Source: a bacterium
GTDB lineage: Bacteria; SAR324; XYD2-FULL-50-16
Assembly: GCA_032250835.1 (NCBI GenBank)
Contig: JAVVEA010000002.1
Span: 246,596-310,595, forward strand
Length of the DNA: 64,000 bases
Direction of reading: 5' to 3'
Positions within the stretch are counted from its first letter, which is position 1. Each line of letters begins with the position of its first letter. Under the pieces are notes generated by a model, which saw only the letters and a program-made list of their open reading frames with translations, searched no databases and was not told where the DNA came from. Both the position numbers and the translations under genes were made by a program. Shown in pieces: positions 1 through 9,631 of this stretch.

Positions 1-380
1 TTCACGTACAGCATAACCCCGGCCAAGAACAACAGCGGAAAACCAATCACCCCCAGGGCCACCGATTTGCGCGCCAACAACTCAAACTGGGTGAAGATGT
101 CGTTGGCATATTGGGGGATGAAGTATCTTGAAATAAAATCAAAAATATTCTCGCGAATCGCTTGGTTCTTGGTGATGTTGCCCAAGATGGCAAAGAAGAT
201 GGCCATCACCGGCACCACCGAAAGGATGGTTGAGTAAGCCAGCGATTGGGCCAAAGAAGAGACTTGGGCCCGCATCAGGTTGCGCGTTAAAATCTGCAAC
301 AGACGGAAAGTGCCAACTACCGGCTTGCCGAGTCCGGTCGCTTCAATGGATTCGTTGATTCGAGATAGTCGTTGGATCAT
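1..380 (-). CDS. YihY/virulence factor BrkB family inner-membrane protein (5' part; runs off the left edge)
   Basis: Manual translation from ATG at 380: MIQRLSRINESIEATG...AQVSSLAQSLAYSTILSVVPVMAIFFAILG; the SLAYSTILSVVP helix is typical of YihY. Not in the ORF track because it is truncated. Confidence 0.75.
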   Translation of the reverse strand, partial: MIQRLSRINESIEATGLGKPVVGTFRLLQILTRNLMRAQVSSLAQSLAYSTILSVVPVMAIFFAILGNITKNQAIRENIFDFISRYFIPQYANDIFTQFELLARKSVALGVIGFPLLFLAGVMLYV

Positions 381-686
381 CGCCTTTGCCCTAGATGCCC
401 TTAGATTTGGGTCCAGCGGACCCGTTGAGTCGGATGGGATGCAAGGAACGGGCATTTTTAGGTTGTTCAGTTGAAATGTCGAGGCCCTTGAGTTTTTTTC
501 GGCTCTTCCGTTAAACTGGCAAAAAAATCGGCACCTAAATTTTGCGACGCTCCCAGAGTTACCGATGTTATCCAGCCGACTTGGCCAGCGCCCAGGTTCC
601 TCCTGTAAGACCCGAAGCATTGAACCCCACCAGACTGAGGTTGGCGGCCGCCTCCTTTTAGCGCTCTGGGACCCAAGGGGTTTGAG

Positions 687-1370
687 GTGGAGTCGGTGAA
701 CCTACCAAAACTCTTAACGGAGCCCGGTTGGCAAGCCGCCTTGGCCGAGGTCCTGGCTTCTGAAGGCTTCAATCAACTAGAAGCTTTTATTACCGCTGAG
801 TTGGAGGCGGGTTTTGCCGTCTATCCCCCCTTGGACCAGATTTTTTTTGCGCTCAACCAGCTCCCGCCACAGAAGGTGCGGGTGGTGATCTTAGGCCAAG
901 ACCCCTACCACGGCCCAGGACAGGCCCATGGCCTCAGCTTTTCGGTGCCCAAGGGGGTGCCCGCGCCGCCCAGTCTGAAGAATATTTTTAAGGAAATCCG
1001 GCAAAGCCTAGGCCGGGCCCCTAGCCAAACCAACCTTGCCCCTTGGGTGGCCCAAGGGGTTTTGTTGCTCAATGCGGTCTTGACCGTGCAGGGCTCGGCG
1101 GCCGGTTCGCACCAGGGTAAGGGGTGGGAAGCCGTGACCGACCGGGTGATCGAATACCTCTCGCAGATGCCACAGCCCGTTATCTTTCTGCTCTGGGGGC
1201 GTTTTGCCCGCGCCAAGAAACCCTTGATCGACTTGGCTAAAAACTTCATCTTAGAAGCGCCGCACCCTTCGCCCCTCTCGGCGCACCGGGGCTTTTTCGG
1301 GTGCGGGCACTTTGCCCAGGTCAACCAAATCCTGAGCCAGCGCGGCGAAACCCCGATCCAATGGGCCTGA
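687..1370 (+). CDS. ung: Uracil-DNA glycosylase (family 1)
   Basis: Motifs ILGQDPYH, GLSFSV, GVLLLNAVLTV, HPSPLS. Confidence 0.97.
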   Translation: MESVNLPKLLTEPGWQAALAEVLASEGFNQLEAFITAELEAGFAVYPPLDQIFFALNQLPPQKVRVVILGQDPYHGPGQAHGLSFSVPKGVPAPPSLKNIFKEIRQSLGRAPSQTNLAPWVAQGVLLLNAVLTVQGSAAGSHQGKGWEAVTDRVIEYLSQMPQPVIFLLWGRFARAKKPLIDLAKNFILEAPHPSPLSAHRGFFGCGHFAQVNQILSQRGETPIQWA

Positions 1371-1371
1371 C

Positions 1372-2193
1372 ATGAACCCGAAGATCGCCCTGATCTTTGA
1401 CTTTGACGACACCTTGGCACCGGACAGCACCACGGGGCTGATGCTGGAGATGGGATTTGATGCGCCCAGCTTCTGGGAAGGGGACTTCGTGCGGATGCTC
1501 GCCAGCGGTTGGGATCAGGTGCCGGGCTTCTTGCACCGCCTGATTGAGCTTTCCGAAGAAAAAGGCGGACTTTTGACGCGGGACTATCTAGCCGATTGGG
1601 GCCGCCGGTTGCCGCTCTTTGAAGGGGTGGCGGGCTTTTTTGATCAGCTGCGTCAATTTGCTCAAGAGCAAGCCCCCGGGGTGGATTTGGAGTTTTACCT
1701 GATCAGCAGTGGGATCGACTCGGTCCTTCGCCACACAGCTATCGCCCAAGAGTTTACCGAAATCTTCGCCAGTGACTTCCATTTCAACGAGGCCGGACGA
1801 GCGGTTGCGGCCAAGCGGGTGGTTAGTTTTACCGACAAAACCCGCTACCTTTTCATGATCAGCAAAGGTATCATTGGCGAGGAAACTAAAAAATATTACC
1901 GGGTTAACGACCGCTTTGATAGCTTCCGCATCCCCTTCACCCAGATGATCTTTGTCGGCGACGGCGGCACCGACATCCCCTGTTTTAGCCTGCTCAAACG
2001 TAAAGGGGGCCAGCGGGTCGCCGTTTACCACGGCGAACACCGGGCCAGTTGGAAGAAGGCGCGGGGTTTTGTTAAAGATGAGCGGGTGGAGATCATGGAG
2101 CAGGCCGACTATTCGCCCCATAGCCCTTTGATGAATAGCTTAAAGAATCTGCTCTTGGAGATTGTGGAGCAATTGGATGCCCCGGACGCTTAA
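1372..2193 (+). CDS. HAD-superfamily hydrolase
   Basis: Motif I FDFDDTL, motif II ISSG, motif IV GDGGTD; starts 1 nt after the ung stop. Confidence 0.85.
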   Translation: MNPKIALIFDFDDTLAPDSTTGLMLEMGFDAPSFWEGDFVRMLASGWDQVPGFLHRLIELSEEKGGLLTRDYLADWGRRLPLFEGVAGFFDQLRQFAQEQAPGVDLEFYLISSGIDSVLRHTAIAQEFTEIFASDFHFNEAGRAVAAKRVVSFTDKTRYLFMISKGIIGEETKKYYRVNDRFDSFRIPFTQMIFVGDGGTDIPCFSLLKRKGGQRVAVYHGEHRASWKKARGFVKDERVEIMEQADYSPHSPLMNSLKNLLLEIVEQLDAPDA

Positions 2194-2194
2194 G

Positions 2195-3502
2195 ATGAAC
2201 CCAACTTCCCCAAAGCTCCAGCCGACTGGCTCTGGATTGTTCCTGGGGCGGTCCTATTATTTTTGGGCGCTCACCTTAGGTTTTTGGATCAAGCTGAACA
2301 TCGTGTTGTTCACCTATAAGCCCTATACGGCGACCAAATTTTACTTCCCTTTGCTCTTATTGGTGGTGCTGTGGAAGGCAAAAGAAGTTGGGCTTAAGAG
2401 GCTTTGGACCGATCGAGACTTAGCGGCGGCCAGTTTGTTTTTGCTTACCTTTGCGGTGCCGCTAGGTTATCTCTGGAACCCCCATAGCTGGGCGGTTTAC
2501 CGCCAATGGGGTCTTTCTATGTTGAGCTTTTACCTGCTCTTTGCGGGCGCTTTGCTCTTGGATCTGCGCGAACGGAGGCGGTTGGTTGAGATGATCGCCT
2601 ATTTCTGCCTAATCGGCCTGGGGTATTTGTTGCTGCAATACCTGTTGGGCTGGTCCTATGAACCGGGGCACTTCCGCCGTGCCAACCCTTTTCCTCGCCC
2701 TTATGGCATACTAGACGATCCGGCGCATAGCGCCGGGATATACCTGACCGGTTTGGCGTTGTCGTTGGTGTTGCCTTTAACCGCGCCCAGGCTGCGTTGG
2801 ATGTGGGCCATGGTGCCTCTGTACCTATATGCCCTCTGGGTTAGCCGGACGCTGGGGTCTTACCTGGGGCTGGCCGGAAGTTTGATGGCCTTGGTGGGGT
2901 TGGCTCCTTTTTGGAGCCTAGACCTCAAGGGCAATCGCTTGGGCCGGTTGGTTTTTGGGCTTTGGTTGTTCTTGTTTCTGGCGTTCCTGGCGGCCTCAGT
3001 GGCCTATCATAAGGACTACCGGGGCATGAAAACCCAGATGGCATCTTCCTCCAAAGCGATTTCGATGGAACTGAGGGCGGCCTTGGCGTTCACGGCCTTG
3101 GATATCTTTGAAGCCCATCCTCTGGTGGGGCTGGGCACCGCTAACGACCACTACCCGCCCAACCAAAAAGCCTGGGCTGCTAGCCGAGCCTTGGAAGTAC
3201 GTTTCTTGGCTCAGCATATGACTCCGCTGGCCATGTTGGTGGGGTCTGGGCTGGTGGGCTTGCTGGCCTTTTTGTGGCTGCTTTACCGGACCTGTTTAGC
3301 CTATGGTAGGGCTTGGAAAGGTGCCGCGAGCCGAGCCGAACGGGCCAAGGTTTGGATCTTGTTGGCTTGGTTTTTTGGCCTACAAATCCTTAGTTTGACG
3401 CTCTTGATGCTCTATTCCATCAGCTTTTGGATATTCCTCCTATTGCCCCATTTGCTGAGCAATCCGCCGCAAGAGCCGGCCCCGCACCCAGGTTTGTTTT
3501 GA
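2195..3502 (+). CDS. O-antigen ligase/polymerase (Wzy/WaaL-like) membrane protein
   Basis: Many TM helices, periplasmic loop with R...HPLVGLG and H motif; adjacent to a glycosyltransferase and a flippase; ATG at 2195 chosen just after the upstream stop. Confidence 0.7.
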   Translation: MNPTSPKLQPTGSGLFLGRSYYFWALTLGFWIKLNIVLFTYKPYTATKFYFPLLLLVVLWKAKEVGLKRLWTDRDLAAASLFLLTFAVPLGYLWNPHSWAVYRQWGLSMLSFYLLFAGALLLDLRERRRLVEMIAYFCLIGLGYLLLQYLLGWSYEPGHFRRANPFPRPYGILDDPAHSAGIYLTGLALSLVLPLTAPRLRWMWAMVPLYLYALWVSRTLGSYLGLAGSLMALVGLAPFWSLDLKGNRLGRLVFGLWLFLFLAFLAASVAYHKDYRGMKTQMASSSKAISMELRAALAFTALDIFEAHPLVGLGTANDHYPPNQKAWAASRALEVRFLAQHMTPLAMLVGSGLVGLLAFLWLLYRTCLAYGRAWKGAASRAERAKVWILLAWFFGLQILSLTLLMLYSISFWIFLLLPHLLSNPPQEPAPHPGLF

Positions 3503-4638
3503 CTCAAAACCCTACACCCAAGGTATTGATCGTTAGCCACACCGCCTATATGGGCGGTGCCGAGCGGGTGTTGTTACGGTTTTTGGGTGAGCAACAGATC
3601 GGACAGTTTTGCTTGCTCGCCCCCGAAGGACCGCTGGCTGAGGCGGCTCGCCAATTGGGCTTAAACCTGCGGGTCTCCAAGGGGCTGGCGCCGTTAAAGC
3701 GCGAATCAAATCCTCTTTGGCCTGCGGTGTTTTTCTACCGCTTCCTGCGGGCCAGTGTCGAGATTTGTGTGGCCGTTCTAGCTGAAGGCAGCCAAATCCT
3801 CCAGGCCAATGGATATGCCAGCATGCCCTACCTCTTGCTACCGCGCCTATTCTGCGCCAAGCCCTTGGTCTGGCATATGCACGACTTTAAGCCCGGCGTA
3901 GCTTCCGGGGTTTTGTGTCGCCTCTTCGGGGCTTTTTCGCTCAAGGTGGTCTGCGTCTCTGAATCGGTGGCTACCGCACTTAAGGACCAAGGGTTGCGCC
4001 GCGAAAAACTGACGGTCATCCCCAACCATATCCGCCGAGAGCATTTAAGCGATGGGGCACTCTTGCCGCTGGCCCAGGAACTGCGGGGGCGCGGCCAGCG
4101 GTTGCTGGGGATGATGGGGAGTTTGGAGACCCGTAAAGGCTTCTTAGAGGTCCTAGACGCCCTGGCGCAACTACCTGAAGGCCGGTGGCACCTATTGATC
4201 GCCGGATCGGCTCACAGCGCTTCACAGGAGCGATACCAACAGGCCCTAGAGACCAAAGTGGCCGAGCTGGGCCTGCAAGAGCAAGTTACCTTTTTGGGGC
4301 AGCAAGAAGACGCCGGGGCCTTTTACGCCAGCCTAGATCTCTTTTTGCACTACCCCAAGGAGCCAGACCCCCTGCCCACCGTGTTGTTAGAAGCCCTGGT
4401 CTCGGGTCTACCGGTGGCTGCCAACGATTTGGGCGGCAATCCAGAGATTTTGGCCCAAGGGCGTTGGGGCCGGTTGGTCCCTGCTGGGGACCTAGGCGCT
4501 TTGGTTGAGGTCTTAAATGACCCGCCACCGGCTCCTAGTCCCGCCGATCAGGCAGCGTTGCTGGCGCACTTCTCTTTGGCCCACAAGGAAGGCGCTTTTT
4601 TGGCGCTCTACCAACAAGCCCTGGGGGCTCATGGTTGA
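3499..4638 (+). CDS. Glycosyltransferase family 4 (GT-B)
   Basis: GGAERV N-terminal motif; EPDPLPTVLLEA...G.PV...GG.PEI C-terminal motif; probable TTG start overlapping the upstream TGA. Confidence 0.85.
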   Translation: MTQNPTPKVLIVSHTAYMGGAERVLLRFLGEQQIGQFCLLAPEGPLAEAARQLGLNLRVSKGLAPLKRESNPLWPAVFFYRFLRASVEICVAVLAEGSQILQANGYASMPYLLLPRLFCAKPLVWHMHDFKPGVASGVLCRLFGAFSLKVVCVSESVATALKDQGLRREKLTVIPNHIRREHLSDGALLPLAQELRGRGQRLLGMMGSLETRKGFLEVLDALAQLPEGRWHLLIAGSAHSASQERYQQALETKVAELGLQEQVTFLGQQEDAGAFYASLDLFLHYPKEPDPLPTVLLEALVSGLPVAANDLGGNPEILAQGRWGRLVPAGDLGALVEVLNDPPPAPSPADQAALLAHFSLAHKEGAFLALYQQALGAHG

Positions 4639-5896
4639 GCTTTGGGCCAAGGGCCGTGTCGCGGTCCGCTCGCTTGCCCAAAAGGGCTTCTTTAATCTGC
4701 TGTTGGCGCTGGGCGCGGTGCAGGTGATCTCTTTTACCCTAAAGATATTGCTGGGCCGCTGGCTTAGCAGCGAAGACTTCGCCCGGGTTTCTTTGGTGTT
4801 AGAAACCCACAGCCTTTTAGCGACGGTGATGACCCTGGCCTTGCCTACGGCAATGATCCGCTTTGGCTTGGCCGAGGGGCGATTGGACGAATATTTAGCC
4901 GGAACGATGCGGCTCTTTGGGCTCTGGGCCTTGATCACTTTGGGGGGATTTTACCTTCTGCTGTCTTTAGTGGCGGTTTTTACCGACCCTTTGGTTCAAA
5001 GCTGGCTTTATGTGACCGCGGCAGTGGCCCCTGGGTTGGCGCTTTTTAACTACCTGATCAACTGGCTTTCGGCGCGTCGCCAGACCTCGGCCAGGGCTTG
5101 GTTGGTCTTCTCCCAACGGGCCTTATACGCCCTGGGGTTGGGGCTGGGGGCCCAGGGCGGCGGCCTGATCGGGGCGCTTTGGGGGTTTTTGGGTCAAGGC
5201 CTGCTCTTTACCTTGGCGCTTTTGGGGCTCTTCGGGCGCTGGCTTTTTGCCCAGACCCAAGCTCTGGACTTAAAGGCGCTGGTCCGGTTTTCGGCGGTTG
5301 ATAGTGTCGGACACTTGGCGGGGTTTGCTAGCGGGTTTGTGTTGTTGTGGATGGCCGAGCGGCGGTTGGAATTGGCCCAGGTCTCTTGGTTGGCCATGGC
5401 CCTTTCCTTTACAGTGGTGGCCAAGTTTTTTTTCGCTAGCCTGTATAACGTCATGTATCCCTACTTGATGGAGCGTAACGACCGCACGGGGTTTGTCCGG
5501 CAGTTGCGCTCGGTCTTGGGACTCGGGGCGGTGATGGGATTGGGGTTGGCTCTGGTGGCCATGTGGCTGGTGCCTTATCTGATCCACTGGATGTTGCCCC
5601 CGCGCTTTGACGCCGCCGGTGACTTGTTCCGCTGGTTGATCTGGGGGGAGTCGCTGATCGGGCTTTGTTTGATCTTGGAGATGGCCTTAGAAGTCCTCGG
5701 GGCGGTGCGGCTTAAGGCTGTGGCGTTAGGGGCCGCCTTGGCCTTGTTGACCCTATTGGGTTGGGTATTGATGGCTCGTTGGGGGGCGCTGGGCGCGGTC
5801 TGGGCTTTTTTGGCGGCAGCGGGGCTGCGGCTGGTTTGGTTATCCCTTGGCTGCTGGTGGATTTTGAGGAAACCAAGCGATCAGCCGCTGTTTTGA
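4631..5896 (+). CDS. Polysaccharide flippase (Wzx/MATE-like)
   Basis: About 12 hydrophobic segments, LGRWLSSEDF motif, context with GT4 and Wzy-like gene; ATG overlaps the GT stop. Confidence 0.75.
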   Translation: MVELWAKGRVAVRSLAQKGFFNLLLALGAVQVISFTLKILLGRWLSSEDFARVSLVLETHSLLATVMTLALPTAMIRFGLAEGRLDEYLAGTMRLFGLWALITLGGFYLLLSLVAVFTDPLVQSWLYVTAAVAPGLALFNYLINWLSARRQTSARAWLVFSQRALYALGLGLGAQGGGLIGALWGFLGQGLLFTLALLGLFGRWLFAQTQALDLKALVRFSAVDSVGHLAGFASGFVLLWMAERRLELAQVSWLAMALSFTVVAKFFFASLYNVMYPYLMERNDRTGFVRQLRSVLGLGAVMGLGLALVAMWLVPYLIHWMLPPRFDAAGDLFRWLIWGESLIGLCLILEMALEVLGAVRLKAVALGAALALLTLLGWVLMARWGALGAVWAFLAAAGLRLVWLSLGCWWILRKPSDQPLF

Positions 5897-5938
5897 TTCT
5901 GTTTTCTCTAGAACAACATTCTACAATATGGTAGGCTA

Positions 5939-6142
5939 ATGGGAGAAGAACCAAATAAAGTGTACAACCCCTACACTGGAAGTTATATGACCATGCCTGA
6001 TGGCGCTAAGGTCCGAAAAGAGCTGATCAACCGCACCACCAACACGTTCCGCGAAGCAAAGAATACCGACCCGGAGTTGGTGATCAATCTTGCTTTGATC
6101 TTTTTATTACAGCTGTTGCTGTTTAAGTTTTTGATCGGATAA
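5939..6142 (+). CDS. Small hypothetical protein with C-terminal TM helix
   Basis: 67-aa ORF filling an intergenic gap, hydrophobic C-terminus. Confidence 0.55.
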   Translation: MGEEPNKVYNPYTGSYMTMPDGAKVRKELINRTTNTFREAKNTDPELVINLALIFLLQLLLFKFLIG

Positions 6143-6233
6143 TTGGCAGCCTGAAAAAAAAACTTAAAGTTTTGGGCCCCTGAGACCGAAGAGGTACTGT
6201 ACCCCAGTTCATTAATCTCTCAGGGAGTTGCCC

Positions 6234-6488
6234 ATGGAACCCAATCGCCTGCGCGAAGCGCTGAAGACCGCGATCTTGCTGTCTCAAGCTGCTACCAGTA
6301 GCCATAAGGTGGAAATTGCCGAGATCGGCGAGGTCTATATCAAAGATGGCTTTGCCGCCATCATGACCTTGGACGGACGCTGGAAACGGCTGACCGAAGA
6401 AAACATTGAGGCCCGCCTCGACGAGGTGCTCGCAGACAGTCAGGAGGAGCGCATCAAAGAACGCCTCCAGCAGATGATCTTCAACTAA
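6234..6488 (+). CDS. Hypothetical protein
   Basis: GGGAG RBS before ATG 6234, host-like codon usage. Confidence 0.6.
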   Translation: MEPNRLREALKTAILLSQAATSSHKVEIAEIGEVYIKDGFAAIMTLDGRWKRLTEENIEARLDEVLADSQEERIKERLQQMIFN

Positions 6489-6527
6489 ACCTACCGCTTA
6501 GCCGGAACGGACCCTTCTCCGTTCCGC

Positions 6528-6707
6528 TCACCTCGACGAATCCGCCGGTTGCGGCCCTTGGCATAAAGGGCAAGGACGCTTCTGTGGCGGGGGTTCTTCC
6601 GCTTCGACCCAACCGGGCCCAGGATAAAAATTTTTAATGCAATGACGGTCCCAGTGGTAGACTTCCCACCGGGGTTCATAATAGTAAGGTCCTTGGGTTT
6701 GACACAT
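6528..6707 (-). CDS. Small putative metal-binding protein (59 aa, H-x4-C...CxxC)
   Basis: Strong RBS AAGGGAGGT 3 nt before ATG 6707; MCQTQGPYYYEPRWEVYHWDRHC...PCPLCQ. Confidence 0.55.
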   Translation of the reverse strand: MCQTQGPYYYEPRWEVYHWDRHCIKNFYPGPGWVEAEEPPPQKRPCPLCQGPQPADSSR

Positions 6708-6777
6708 GCTACCTCCCTTGTTGACGCCTTTGTAGCAGCCCTTTGGGGAGGTTAAACAGGACAAAAAAGGGACATGG

Positions 6778-7680
6778 CTATTCGGGATGGTAGCCGAACT
6801 GGGCCAAACGGTTGGGGTCATTGACCCATCCTTTGGCGACCTTGACATGTAAATCCAAATAAACTTTTGAGCCCAGCAGGGTTTCGATCCTCAGGCGTGC
6901 CGCCGTGCCGATCTGTTTCATCATCGAGCCCTGCTTGCCGATCAGTATTTTCTTGTGGGCGTCCCGTTCGACGTAGATGGTCGCCCATAGCCTGACCATA
7001 TCGGCTTCTTCTTGAAACTTCTCGATCTGAACCGCCACGCCGAAGGGTACTTCTTGGTAGAGCCTACGGTGGACCTGCTCGCGGACCAACTCGGCGCATA
7101 AGACGCGCTCGGGCTGGTCGGTGACTGTTTCGGGGTCGAAATAAGCGGGGCCTTCGGGCAGGCGCCGGACCATTTGGTCGCTTAGGCGTTGCAATCCCTT
7201 TTTCTTGAGCGCGCTGATCGGGAAGGTTTCGGCGAAGTCAAAGAGCTGGTTGTAGAGTTCCAGCGTGCGGATCAGCTCCACATCTTTGGTCTGGTCGATC
7301 TTATTGACCAGCAAAAAACATTTTTCTTCCATTCCCTTGAGGCGCTCTAAAATCGCCCGATCTCCGGCACCAATCTCCAGCCGGCCTTTCAAAGGTTCGG
7401 TCAAAAAGAAGATCAAGTCCGCCTCGGTAATGCTCTTATGGGCATAACCCACAATGCGCTTGTGCAGCTCGTTTTTGGGTAGGTGGATGCCCGGCGTATC
7501 TAAGAGCACCGCCTGAAATTGTTCGGTGCTCAAGACCCCGCGGATCATGTTGCGCGTTGTTTGGGGCTTGTCGGCGGTGATCGAAATTTTTTGGCCCAAA
7601 AGGGCGTTGAGCAGCGTTGACTTACCCACGTTGGGGCGTCCGATCAAAGCGACAAATCCAGAGCGGAAGGGCGGTACCAT
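6778..7680 (-). CDS. era: GTPase Era
   Basis: GRPNVGKSTL, DTPG, NKID, KH domain with IGKQG. Confidence 0.97.
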   Translation of the reverse strand: MVPPFRSGFVALIGRPNVGKSTLLNALLGQKISITADKPQTTRNMIRGVLSTEQFQAVLLDTPGIHLPKNELHKRIVGYAHKSITEADLIFFLTEPLKGRLEIGAGDRAILERLKGMEEKCFLLVNKIDQTKDVELIRTLELYNQLFDFAETFPISALKKKGLQRLSDQMVRRLPEGPAYFDPETVTDQPERVLCAELVREQVHRRLYQEVPFGVAVQIEKFQEEADMVRLWATIYVERDAHKKILIGKQGSMMKQIGTAARLRIETLLGSKVYLDLHVKVAKGWVNDPNRLAQFGYHPE

Positions 7681-7771
7681 ATTGCTATTTTCCTGGGCAC
7701 TTGAGAAAAGGCGTTTCAGGGCTCTTTGAGGGAACCCCTGTAAAATTTTAAGCTAGTCTAAGAAAAGTTGG

Positions 7772-7800
7772 TTGACAACCAGAAAGGGCTCTATTAACTT
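7772..7800 (+). promoter_or_regulatory. Sigma70-type promoter of the tRNA/rpmG/secE/nusG cluster
   Basis: TTGACA-N17-TAACTT, 40 nt upstream of tRNA-Thr. Confidence 0.5.
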
Positions 7801-7840
7801 GCATGTTTCACAGGAATCGCAGAGACCAAAAAGGTTATTT

Positions 7841-7916
7841 GCTGGCTTAGCTCAGTTGGTAGAGCGGCTGTTTTGTAAACAGCGGGTCGGGAGTTCGAGT
7901 CCCTCAGCCAGCACCA
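7841..7916 (+). tRNA. tRNA-Thr(TGT)
   Basis: Cloverleaf; anticodon arm GCTGT-TTTGTAA-ACAGC; CCA encoded. Confidence 0.96.
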
Positions 7917-7927
7917 TTACCCCAGGG

Positions 7928-8012
7928 GGGGAGATTCCCGAGTGGCCAAAGGGAACAGACTGTAAATCTGTCGGCACTGCCTTCGAAGGTTCGAATCCTT
8001 CTCTCCCCACCA
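7928..8012 (+). tRNA. tRNA-Tyr(GTA)
   Basis: Anticodon arm ACAGA-CTGTAAA-TCTGT, long variable arm, CCA encoded. Confidence 0.96.
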
Positions 8013-8055
8013 ATCTTTTTGCCCCTTCGATTGTCCTAACATTTTAATCGTAGAA

Positions 8056-8130
8056 GCCCGGGTAGCTCAGGGGTAGAGCGTTTCCTTGGTAAGGAAAAGG
8101 TCGGCAGTTCAATTCTGCTCCTGGGCTCCA
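8056..8130 (+). tRNA. tRNA-Thr(GGT)
   Basis: Anticodon arm TTTCC-TTGGTAA-GGAAA, CCA encoded. Confidence 0.95.
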
Positions 8131-8148
8131 CTACACTACGGTAAAAAG

Positions 8149-8298
8149 ATGAGAGACATCGTTCAATTGCAGTGCGGCGAATGTAAACGTCGTAATTACA
8201 GCAAGACCCGCAACAAGAAAGCCAAGCCCACCAAGATGGAATTGAGCAAGTATTGTAAGTTTTGCCAAAAGCACACGACGCATAAAGAAACCAAGTAG
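8149..8298 (+). CDS. rpmG: 50S ribosomal protein L33 (zinc-binding C+ type)
   Basis: [17 protein letters not shown]...[16 protein letters not shown]; position before tRNA-Trp/secE. Confidence 0.95.
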   Translation: MRDIVQLQCGECKRRNYSKTRNKKAKPTKMELSKYCKFCQKHTTHKETK

Positions 8299-8373
8299 GC
8301 CAGTAGCTCCAATTGGTAGAGCGGCGGTCTCCAAAACCGCATGTTGGGGGTTCGAGTCCCTCCTGGCCTGCCA
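8297..8373 (+). tRNA. tRNA-Trp(CCA)
   Basis: Acceptor AGGCCAG/CTGGCCT, anticodon arm GCGGT-CTCCAAA-ACCGC, CCA encoded; first 2 nt overlap the rpmG TAG. Confidence 0.95.
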
Positions 8374-8399
8374 CAAATGGAGCGAGATGGGGAAACTAG

Positions 8400-8585
8400 A
8401 TGTTTAAACGGATCGGAAAATTTTTCTCGGATGTTCGAGGCGAATTCAAAAAGGTCACGTGGCCTTCTCGGGATCAGACCGTCAAACAGACCGGAGTGGT
8501 GCTCGTCATCACTTTGATCACGGCAGTCTTCTTAGGGGTGGTAGACTACGGTCTGAATGAACTTGTCAAACAGGTGATCGGATGA
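8400..8585 (+). CDS. secE: Preprotein translocase subunit SecE
   Basis: EFKKVTWP motif plus single TM; between tRNA-Trp and nusG. Confidence 0.95.
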   Translation: MFKRIGKFFSDVRGEFKKVTWPSRDQTVKQTGVVLVITLITAVFLGVVDYGLNELVKQVIG

Positions 8586-9145
8586 CCAACGAGCAACCGG
8601 CGGTGGACAGCAACTTTAAGTGGTACATTCTTCAGGCCTACGCGGGCTATGAAGAGAAGGTGCGCGTGCTGATCAACGAACAATTGAAGATCCAGGGCCT
8701 GGGGCATTTGATCCAGGAAATCTTCATCCCCTCCGAGGAAGTAACCACTAAGAAAGGCGACAAGGTCAAGAAGACCCAGGTCACTTACTTCCCCGGCTAC
8801 ATCTTGCTCAAGATGCATTTGACCGATGACCTCTGGCACCTCTTAAAAAACGTGCCCAAGGTATCCGGCTTTGTCGGCGGTGACGAGACCAACCCCCAGT
8901 CCGTTTCGGATAGCGAACTGGCAGGTATCCGCGGACAGATTGAGTCGGGCATCAAGCAACAAGAAATTGACTCCACCTTTAACGTCGGCCAAAACGTGGT
9001 GGTTATCGACGGCCCCTTTGCCGAGTTCAACGGGGTGATCGACGAGGTCGACAAAGAACACAACAAGCTTACCGTGTTGGTCAGCATCTTCGGACGCTCG
9101 ACCCCGCTGGAACTCAGCTTTGATAAAGTTCGGCTGGTTGAATAG
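8582..9145 (+). CDS. nusG: Transcription termination/antitermination factor NusG
   Basis: WYILQAYAGYE, FPGYIL, KOW motif GPFAEFNG, SIFGRSTP. Confidence 0.97.
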   Translation: MTNEQPAVDSNFKWYILQAYAGYEEKVRVLINEQLKIQGLGHLIQEIFIPSEEVTTKKGDKVKKTQVTYFPGYILLKMHLTDDLWHLLKNVPKVSGFVGGDETNPQSVSDSELAGIRGQIESGIKQQEIDSTFNVGQNVVVIDGPFAEFNGVIDEVDKEHNKLTVLVSIFGRSTPLELSFDKVRLVE

Positions 9146-9175
9146 CCCTTAGGGCAACTTTAAAGGATCCATAAG

Positions 9176-9607
9176 ATGGCAAAGAAAATCTCAGGCTATA
9201 TCAAGCTGCAGATCCCGGCCGGGCAGGCCAACCCCTCTCCGCCGATTGGCCCTGCTTTGGGTCAGCATGGCGTTAATATCATGGAGTTCTGTAAGAGCTT
9301 CAACGCCAAGACTCAGGCCGATGCCGGTCTGATCACCCCCGTGGTGATCACCGTTTACGCCGACCGAAGCTTCAGCTTCATCACCAAAACCCCTCCGGTT
9401 CCGGTGTTGATCATGAAGACCTTGAAGTTGGAAAAAGGCTCCGCTGAGCCCAACTTGAAAAAAGTTGGTAAACTGACCGAAGCCCAAATTGAAGAGATCG
9501 CCAAGGTCAAACTACCTGACCTGAACTGCTACGATATCGAAGCAGCCAAACGCTTGGTAGCAGGTACTGCAAAGAGCATGGGCATCAACGTGCCCGCCGC
9601 TTTCTAA
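9176..9607 (+). CDS. rplK: 50S ribosomal protein L11
   Basis: [31 protein letters not shown]. Confidence 0.98.
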   Translation: MAKKISGYIKLQIPAGQANPSPPIGPALGQHGVNIMEFCKSFNAKTQADAGLITPVVITVYADRSFSFITKTPPVPVLIMKTLKLEKGSAEPNLKKVGKLTEAQIEEIAKVKLPDLNCYDIEAAKRLVAGTAKSMGINVPAAF

Positions 9608-9631
9608 GCAAACCGACAAAAGGAAGCTAAG

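Noticed and set aside
6491-6679. 62-aa basic ORF
   Set aside because: No RBS; the overlapping frame 6528-6707 has a strong RBS and a metal-binding pattern
7772-8376. ORFs 7772-8047, 8036-8374, 8131-8376 and the long start of 8086-8298
   Set aside because: They overlap tRNA genes; only rpmG from ATG 8149 is supported
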